This document shows positions 53,766 to 64,000 of a stretch of DNA of 64,000 bases, piece after piece. The stretch's first letter is position 1. Every line of letters begins with the position of its first letter. The translations under genes were made by a program, and so were the position numbers. The DNA comes from Octopus sinensis (Eukaryota). Under the pieces are notes generated by a model, which ran no database searches, was not told where the DNA came from, and saw only the letters and a list, made by a program, of their open reading frames with translations. The stretch is taken from NCBI RefSeq assembly GCF_006345805.1, contig NC_043004.1, forward strand, positions 65,534,001 to 65,598,000, written 5' to 3'.

Positions 53766-53980
53766 CTTTATTTAAAAGCAGCAGAAAATTCAACAAAACC
53801 TGTTACTCTGAGTTTCACGTTCCTGTTCGTCGGACAGTTTTTGCTAGAATGGGAACGTGAAACTCAGAGTAACAGGTTTTGTTGAATTTTCTGCTGCTTT
53901 TAAATAAAGCATATTACTCTACCACTGGTATTTGAGTACACTTTTTTCCACCTTGTTTCACATTTATGTGTTTACTCCGG
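53766..53980. mobile_element. Small inverted-arm PLE-type element (family 4)
   Basis: Perfect 58-bp inverted repeat 53766-53823 / 53852-53909. The right arm continues to 53980. (TA)n on both sides. Confidence 0.8.
53800..53837 (-). ncRNA. Minimal hammerhead variant (U4C)
   Basis: Minus strand reads CTGT-CCGACGA-ACAGGAACGT-GAAACTC-A-GAGTA-ACAG. Confidence 0.55.
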
Positions 53981-54022
53981 TATATATATATGTATATATA
54001 TATGTATATATATATATATATT

Positions 54023-54085
<63 letters not shown>

Positions 54086-54094
54086 TACATATAT

Positions 54095-54260
54095 ACACGA
54101 CAGGCTTCTTTCAGTATCCGTCTACCAAATCCATTCACAAGACTTACGTCGGCCCGAGGCTGCAGTAGAAAAGGCTTGCCCAAGATGGCATGGAGTGGGA
54201 CTGACCCAGAACCATGAGGTTGCGAAACAGCCTTCTTAAAACATAAGCACGCCTGCGCCT
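54095..54260 (-). mobile_element. SINE family A 5' half
   Basis: cgacaggcttctttcagtatccgtctaccaaatcc...gggactgacccagaaccatg...cacgcctgcgcc. Confidence 0.75.
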
Positions 54261-54346
54261 ATATATGTATTTATATTTGATATATCTATCCCACGCTGAT
54301 ATATTTCTCTTTCTTTGTGTGAGTATACAGACACACACATGCACAC

Positions 54347-54377
<31 letters not shown>

Positions 54378-54499
54378 AATGTGGGGGGGGGGGGCTACAA
54401 GCTACAGTAACGCCCAACCTTTGTGGTTAGCCATATTAAGATGGCAAATTTACCTCACATTGTCGTGCAGTTACTGTTTTTACCTCGTTCAGAGGTTTA

Positions 54500-56460
<1,961 letters not shown>

Positions 56461-56999
56461 CTCATATAATAGTGTGTATACATTCATAAGCGCATATACG
56501 CAAGCATATATACGTGCAGCATAGCACAGCATACTCAAAGTTAAAGGAAGGAGGAAATTGTCGCCATCTTAACAAAAATGTCAAGCGTGCGAATTCTTTG
56601 AAATCGCCGCCATGTTGAATATTTTTTAACGTTTCTTTTGTATATTTATTTATTGATTTATTCAATTTTGGTTTTTAAGGGACTTTAAATTTATTTTCTC
56701 TCGTTTCTCAAAGAAGGAAAATGAAAGTAGTGGAGATGTAAACGCAATGAAGAGTACAGCTTCTCAGGGAAGGATTAAAACAGAACATTAAAAACAGAAC
56801 ATCAGCCCCATCGCCGCTGACGCTGTCTCCTCCACCAGCACCACTACAGTGTGTTGGTATATGAGAGTTATTATGTACCACAGACATCTGAGAGGGGAGC
56901 TGGAAAGAGACGACTATGGTGTCGAAGAATGCGAGAGGCAAAATGAGGAAGACGAGGCAGAGAGGAAGGATTTGAGAAGTAAATATGGGTAGTTTTAGT

Positions 57000-57117
57000 A
57001 AGGAAATATCTATAATGAAAACATATTTCAGTGAAGCCGTCATTAACATCAATGATATAGACCTCAAATTTTAGTGACGTCATCGCTGAAATATGTTTTC
57101 ATTATAGATATTTCCTT
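57000..57117. repeat. Hairpin with perfect 32-bp outer arms
   Basis: aaggaaatatctataatgaaaacatatttcag / ctgaaatatgttttcattatagatatttcctt. Confidence 0.85.
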
Positions 57118-57949
57118 GTCTATAGATATTATAGATATTTCAAATGTCTGTGTTGCTAACATCGTCAACATGTCGGCATGAAATCAACGTTGTGAACATA
57201 TTTCAATGACGTCGATGAATCTCAGCAGATTTCAGTGACATCACCAATGTTAAAGTAGTTCAATGACGTCGCTTGTCATCACATTGCAGTTTCTTTTTGC
57301 ACCTCTCTCCAAATTCTTTTCTATCATGATGCTGACACCCTAACCACTAAGCCACGCGCTTTCACACACACACACACACACACACATATATTACACTGTG
57401 TTATATCGGTGCTGATGGGAATGGTTGCAGTTCTAGTGGTTTTTGCATTCATGATTGCGGGAGTGATGGCGCTAGTAGCAGTGGGGCTAATAGAAAAGGT
57501 TGTGTGGTATGGTGGAGGTGATGTTGGTGAAGGTTGTCATGCCAAGAAGCGTGATGGTTACTGCGTCGTCGATAGAATTGAAAATGAGGGGACATAAATG
57601 TCTATGATGACAGTGATGGTGGAGGATGCTCTCAACCAAAAGTAGCGGAAGTGATTGCGGTGATAGCGAAAGCATTGATGTTGGTACGCGCTAGTGATGA
57701 CAATGAAGATAGTTGAAGTGGCGCTAGCGTTGTTAGTTCCAACCGAAGTAGTAGTCTCATAGAAGAGGTTGCAGTGATAGTATATATTATGATGGTGGTT
57801 GCTTTTCAAACAAATATAAATTGTGATAGCGGTGGTGGTGGTGATAGCAGTGTTATTTGTAGCAGTGGTGGTGGTAGCGGTGACAGAGATCGTATAGGTG
57901 CTAGTGATATTTGTAGCAGTGTTGGCAACAGTTGTTGAGATAATAATAT

Positions 57950-58862
57950 TCAAGTTTTGGCTCAAGGCCAGCAGGTTCGGGAGATATATAATTTACAATA
58001 CAAATTTACGCCAAATCCGGTATTCCATTAGTAGTTATCTTATCGACCCCAAAAGTATAAAAGCCAAAAGCGGAATTTGAACTCGTAGTATAAAGGCAGA
58101 CGAAATGCCGCTAAGCATTTTGCTCGGTGCGATTAAGGATTCTTATTTCTTTACTGCCAACAAGGGGCTACATACAGAGGGGACGGACAAAGACAGACAA
58201 ACGTATTAAACGGATTATATCGACCCCAGTGCGTAACTGGTACTTAGTTAATCGACCCCGAAAGGATGAAAGGCAAAGTCGACCTCGGCGGAATTTGAAC
58301 TCAGAACGTAGCGCCAGACGAAATAACTATTTCTTTACTACCCACAAGGGGCTAAACACAGAAAGGACAAACAAGGACAGACAAATGGATTAAGTCGATT
58401 ATATCGACCCCAGTGCGTAACTGGTACTTATTTAATCGACCCGGAAAGAATGAAAGGCAAAGTTGACTTCGGCGGAATTTGAACTCAGAACGTAGCGGCA
58501 GACGAATTACCGCTAAGCATTTCGCCTGGCGTGCTAAAGTTCCTTATTTCTTTATTGCCCACAAGGAGCTAAACATACAGGGGACAAACAAGGATAGACA
58601 AAGGGATTAAGTCGATTATATCGACCCCAGTCCGTAACTGCTACTTAATTTATCGACCTCGAAAGGATGAAAGGCAAAGTCGACCTCGGCGGAATTTGAA
58701 CTCAGAACGAAATACTGTTAAGCATTTCGCTCAGCTGGAACTTATTTCACCGACACCGAAAGGGATGAAAAGCAAAGTCGACCTCGGTGGAACTCGAACT
58801 CAGAACGTAAAGAAGCACGAAATGCCGCTAAGCAGTTTTTCCGGTGTGCCAACGATTCTGAA
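57950..58862 (-). mobile_element. Head-to-tail chain of SINE family D units
   Basis: Repeated aaaggcaaagtcgacctcggcggaatttgaactcagaacg and atcgaccccagtgcgtaactggtact. Junctions near 58140, 58325 and 58541. Confidence 0.9.
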
Positions 58863-58910
58863 AACTCACCCCCTTAAACGCATAATAGTCCTATTGATGG
58901 CAGTGATAAG

Positions 58911-59119
58911 GCTGTGAGCTGGCAGAACCGTTAGCATGCCGGGCGAAATCCTTAACGGCATTTCGCCAATCTAATGTTCTGAGTTCAAATTTTGCTGGGG
59001 TCAACTTTACCTTTCATCGTTTCGGGGCTCAATTAAATGCGTACTAGTTGAATACAGTGGTCAGCTTAATCGACCTTGCCCTTTCCTGAAATTGCTGGCC
59101 TAGTACCAAAATTTGAAAC
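58911..59119 (+). mobile_element. SINE family D (short-tail variant)
   Basis: ggctgtgagctggcagaaccgttagc head with B-box gagttcaaatt. Confidence 0.8.
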
Positions 59120-59615
59120 CAATACTGAAAGCAATAGTTGTGAGGCTAGTGGTAATGGTGGTGGTGGTGGTGCTGGTCGTCATAGTAGTCCTTAGAGGTC
59201 GTGATGTTCATGCTGGTGGCCATGGTCATCGATCTTGTATCAATTGTGATGGTGGTGGTGATGGCTGTAGTCGTAGTAGCGGAGATGGTGACGGCGATGA
59301 TAGAAGTAGTGGTAGAGTGATCCAAGTAGCAGTGATCGTTTTGGCAGCGATGATGCTAGTTTTGGTAATAGTTTTCATAATAGCAGAAGTCATGAATGTA
59401 GTGGTAGTAGTCGAGTTGGAGTGGCAGTAGTAGTGCTGGCGTTTGAGCCTGTTTTGGAGGGTTTAAACACATAACAACGGCCGCGTTTGTCAACGGGTTA
59501 TTGATATATCAGCGTTAGTAGCGATTCTAGTGTTGGTTCTGGTAGTAGTGGTGATAGGGAGAGCAGATGTTATAGTTTAGGCTGTGGTTGCTGTCAATGT
59601 AGTATTAGTAGGGAT

Positions 59616-59768
59616 CAAGGTCAGCCCAAGGGCTGCTGGCGCCCTAGGCAAGCTGAACTTCGGCCTTTACAAGCTGACGTTCGTCAAAATTTGCCTTTGT
59701 CACGCTCTCCTTGGCACCCGATAGCACATGGGGCCTCAGGCGACTGCCGGTACCCTGAGCCGGCCCTG
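59616..59768. mobile_element. GC-rich MITE, probably hAT-type
   Basis: Degenerate TIRs caaggtcagcccaaggg / ccctgagccggccctg. 8-bp flanks gtagggat / ggtgggat (6 of 8). Confidence 0.6.
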
Positions 59769-61028
59769 GGTGGGATGACTGTAATGGTGTTGGTGTCGGA
59801 GGAAGTTGTGGTGTTAGGTTTTGAAATGGCAGCAATAGCAATGGTAGCAGTAGTCGTTGTTTTTGTGGTTGCGGTGGTGGTTGCGATGGCGGTGCTGGTA
59901 GTTGTGTTGGTAGTTGTAGTAGTGGTTGTGGTGGTGGTGGACGTTGTAGTGGTGGTAGTAGTGGAGGTTATGGTAGTTGCGGTGGTGGTGGTGATGGTGG
60001 CGGTGGTTGTGGTGGTAGTTGTAGTTGTAGTTGTAGTTGTTGTTGTGGTTGTGGTGGCGTTGGTCGTTATAGTAGTGTTGGCGGTGGATGTGGTGGTGAT
60101 GGAAAGTAGTGGTGGCGGTGGTGGTTGTTGCAGTAGTGGTGGCGGTGGTGTTAGTACAGATAGGTGTAAGAGATTGTGGTGGATGGTGGTTATGATAGCA
60201 GCGGTGTTGGCGGTGCTGACTGTAAAAATGCTAGTATTGGCGGTAGTCATAGCAACGAAGGTGGTTGTTGTAGTGATGGTAAGGATGATGGTGGCGGTAG
60301 TGGTAGTGATGGAGGTTGTGGTGTTGGTGGTAGTTGGTGGTAGTGTTGTAATTGTAGCACTGATGGTCGTAATATCAGCAATGATGGAGATGGATTGATG
60401 GTAGTGGTGGTGGTGGTGGTGATGGTAAAGATGGTTTTGTTGATGCTAGTGATGATAATAATGGTGGTGGTGGAAGTGGTGGCGGTGGTAGTGGTGGTGG
60501 TGATGTGGAGGTGGTAGTATAATAATGTTGTTTATAGTGGTGATGATGGTGGTGGTGGTGGTGGTGGCGATGGTAACGCGTCTTTGGGCTGCAAGGACGA
60601 GATTGTGGCGATGATGATATTGGTGACACCAAAGGCGGCGCTGGTGAAAATGGTTGCTTTGGCGGCGATGGTTGATGGTAGTGAAGACGACAATAACGGC
60701 GACACGACACTTACGAATAGCGATAAGAACATTGGTGGCCGAGGTGACGGTGGAAGTGATGCTGGAGACAGCGGTGGCAGAAGCTCTCATGATAATGTTG
60801 CTGTTGTTGTTGTTGTTGTTGGTGGTGGTGGTGATGAAGATGACGGTGGCGAAGATGATGGATTCTGCTTCTTGTTTTTCTTTGCATGTATGTGTTCGTG
60901 TATGATATTTTGCTTTCATCTTAACGATGTGTTTGTATTGGCAATTAGATGTTGCTTTTCATGTTTGTAAACATTTTAGTTTCAAGGCCTCTTATGGCGC
61001 TGATTTAACATTTTGTCGTCCTCATCCC

Positions 61029-61099
<71 letters not shown>

Positions 61100-61118
61100 C
61101 TCTATCTCTCTCTATATA

Positions 61119-61206
<88 letters not shown>

Positions 61207-61979
61207 GATATATATATATATATATGTATATATATAATATATATATATTATATATCTATATAAATATATATATAGATATATATTATATATATATATATGT
61301 GATCTATTATATATGTATATAATATATATACAGATATATATCTGTATACATATATGTGTGTATATTATATATATATATATATATATTCATATATCTCTGT
61401 ATATTTATATACTTATACATAATATATATATATATATATATATGTATAGATAATATATATAATATATATATATATATATAGTATTCATTTATGTATATAT
61501 ATACACACGCACAACAACACACACGCATACACATGCCGGCGCATACGCGTGTTTATACACACGCATGTATTCCTAGTTTTATCTTCGTCATTGAAGTATT
61601 TCTTTTTTTGCCTGTTTCCTTTTTACGTATTCTATTTTTATTTTATTTTTATTTTTAAATATCTATTCTCTTGCTAAAACGATTAAGTCTGTATACCTGT
61701 CCATTTCTCTCTCACTCTCTCTTTACACAACACACACCTCTCTCTCTCTCTCTCTCTCACACACACATACATATCTTCATTGGTGTATAAGTTTCTATAT
61801 CGATATCTATCTATGTATGCTTACACATTTACGCGTATATAAATGTAAGTTCCATTCTCTCTTCTTCTGTCTCTTCCCCCTATGTGTGCGTATGTACACA
61901 TACACACACGCACATATATACATGTACGTATATACATGGATGCATAGATACATACATCATATATACACATCTATATATA

Positions 61980-62021
<42 letters not shown>

Positions 62022-62056
62022 CATATCAATAAAATATAAATATAAATATAAATATA

Positions 62057-62133
<77 letters not shown>

Positions 62134-62149
62134 CAATATAATTTGGGCT

Positions 62150-62380
62150 AGTGGAAGGATGAGACGGTTCTTATAGCCCTCGTATATTCTACATTTTTGT
62201 GAGATTGATGTTATCAAGGTTCCATTTAAAGTGTTGCATGTAGACAAGTGCAAATATTTGAAGGGGGAAATTGCAGAGAGCAATATTCTGGAAAGAAATG
62301 ATAGGATGCTGTTGTTGAGGTAGGAAAAGATATGAGTTTGAGATTAAGAGGAGTGAAATATGCCACTTTGTATTACCTCC
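62150..62380 (-). mobile_element. Possible old PLE RT remnant
   Basis: Translation FSYLNNSILSFL...KYLHLSTCNTL...ISQKCRIY loosely resembles PLE RT C-terminal motifs (SLPFLD...YLHxSSxHP). Confidence 0.3.
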
Positions 62381-62692
62381 TTAGAGGAGCCCCGGTCATA
62401 GCAGTCTGTGTTCATAGATCATTATAGTAGGAAGAAATATTCGATTCTTTTCGTTTCTATTCAACACTTCTCGGCAGACATTATCCGATACTTCTCTTTA
62501 CGTGTTTTCGTACATCCCTATCATATTACATCTGGGTACTAAATCTAACTCTGTAGATATTTTACCAGTTACATGTTTTGCGATTATTTTATTTAACTCG
62601 GGGACTAATAAAGTTGGTTAGCTGGCTTCCGTTGTGTAAAACGAACGGAATTATAAGATCCTCTACAGAATGAGAAGACAATCTGTTACAGG

Positions 62693-63078
62693 CACTAGCG
62701 TAGCTTGAGCGTGCGCCGCCCGGCGCGGCCCTTCTGTTTGCCGCTCCCAGACCTCCTAAAAAGAAACAAATATTGGCTAGAAAAGGCGGCGAGCTAGCAG
62801 AAACTTTAGAATGCCGGAAGAAATGCTTCGCGGTATTTCGTTTGCCGTTACGTTCTGACTTAGCCCTTCATCCTTTGGGGGTCGATAAATTAAGTACCAG
62901 TTACGCACTGGGGTCGATGTCATCGACTTAATCCCTTTGTCTGTCCTTGTTTCCCCCTGTATGTTTAGCTCCTTGTGGGCAATAAAAAAATAAGAAACAC
63001 ATATTGGCTAGAGCAGACCCAAAAGTGCCACATGGGGTGAACCGCACCTACGCCCCAATCCCCTCAGCTACGCTAGTG
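62693..63078. mobile_element. hAT-type MITE interrupted by a SINE
   Basis: Perfect 13-bp TIR cactagcgtagct / agctacgctagtg. 8-bp flanks gttacagg / cttacggg (6 of 8). Confidence 0.75.
62785..62991 (+). mobile_element. SINE family D with a 21-bp target-site duplication
   Basis: aagaaacaaatattggctaga (62761-62781) / aagaaacacatattggctaga (62992-63012). Confidence 0.88.
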
Positions 63079-64000
63079 CTTACGGGGTTCAAAGCAAGCA
63101 AATTTGTGCGGAGAGGGCAAGTGGATTACTTCGATTACATTTCTTGATCGGTACATTTTTTTACCAACCTCAGACGGTTGAAATACAAATCGACATTTGT
63201 GGGATTTAAACTCGGAACTTCATCAGTTGAAAGTAATGCCACTAAGTATTTTGTCCGCCGTGCTAGCGATTCTCGCCCCCATTTTTTTCTCCTATTTCTC
63301 TATTTAAAAATAAGCATTCAATTTTACTCTTTTACTCTTTACTTTACTTCCCTAATAAAACGCTTCATATTCCAACAATTGCAGATACATCTATCACATT
63401 TCTCCTGATTTTCATGTGCTTCAAGTAAAAAAAAAAATGTTGATACGAGTTCCTTACAATCTTTATGAGATGCCATTCAAAATCCTCTCACTTTTTACCC
63501 CTGTTCTGTAATTTTTAACAATCCACCTCTTCCCTCACAAACTTGTATCTTATTCCTTTTCTTTCAGTCCTTTTCTTTCAGTCCTTTTCTTTCAGAGTTT
63601 TGTAATTCCGTTTTTTCTCATATATCTCCCCGATCTATCATTTATAGAATTATTTTCATTTCTTTTAATTCATTTATTTTCGCCATTTAAAGGCACCACA
63701 AATTCATACATTTGCACGTATATCACACAATCTGCATTACTTTTGCTTTCCATTTTGCCACACGCTCACGCTTCCTTGCAACTCCACACACCTACACGTT
63801 CTACACATACACGCCTGAACATACACACACACACACACACATACAAATACGCTCACAGACGATCAAAATTATCTCACACCACGTTAACCTGCGCCGTTAT
63901 ACTTCCTCATGTAATAAACCTAAATTCATGCACTCGTCCCCCATAAGAGCTCTCAGTATCTATATACTATATCTATCTCAAAACAAGCATCTGCATCTTA

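Larger units (their letters stand above)
57400..60860. repeat. Extended degenerate (GGT/GTA/GAT/GTT)n low-complexity region with nested SINEs and a MITE
   Basis: Directly visible. Confidence 0.85.

Noticed and set aside
57950-58862. CRISPR-like repeat array
   Set aside because: The units are SINE copies of about 200 bp with no unique spacers or cas genes, in a eukaryotic context.
59684-60919. Thr/His/Val-rich mucin-like ORFs
   Set aside because: They arise from trinucleotide repeats that stay open in several frames and run through a MITE; no splice or domain support.

Overview
AT-rich, repeat-dominated eukaryotic DNA. I found no host protein-coding gene, rRNA, true tRNA or CRISPR array. The repeat families (several tRNA-derived SINEs with internal (TA)n/(CA)n, mariner/Tc1 relics, an R4/Dong LINE) resemble my recollection of octopus (coleoid cephalopod) genomes; this is inference, not a database result. 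Almost all ORFs in the supplied track are microsatellite artefacts. The main feature is a 7.7 kb Penelope-like retroelement (PLE) at 6434-14158. It has an RT plus C-terminal GIY-YIG ORF, a tandem pseudo-LTR copy, an inverted 5'-truncated copy, three copies of a type I hammerhead ribozyme (HHR) and a candidate 5'-UTR intron. Two unrelated small elements (30223-31680, 53766-53980) show the same layout: inverted arms, 3' ends pointing outward into (TA)n, HHR motif near each end. Three further single or decayed HHR-like motifs occur (15.3 kb, 43.3 kb, 50.7 kb). Also present: an R4/Dong cluster in (TAA)n (43.4-47.2 kb), a head-to-tail SINE chain, chimeric SINEs, foldback MITEs, a probable Helitron and a 99-N gap. 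Coordinates were counted by eye and may be off by a few bases. The PLE region shows indel noise typical of unpolished long reads.
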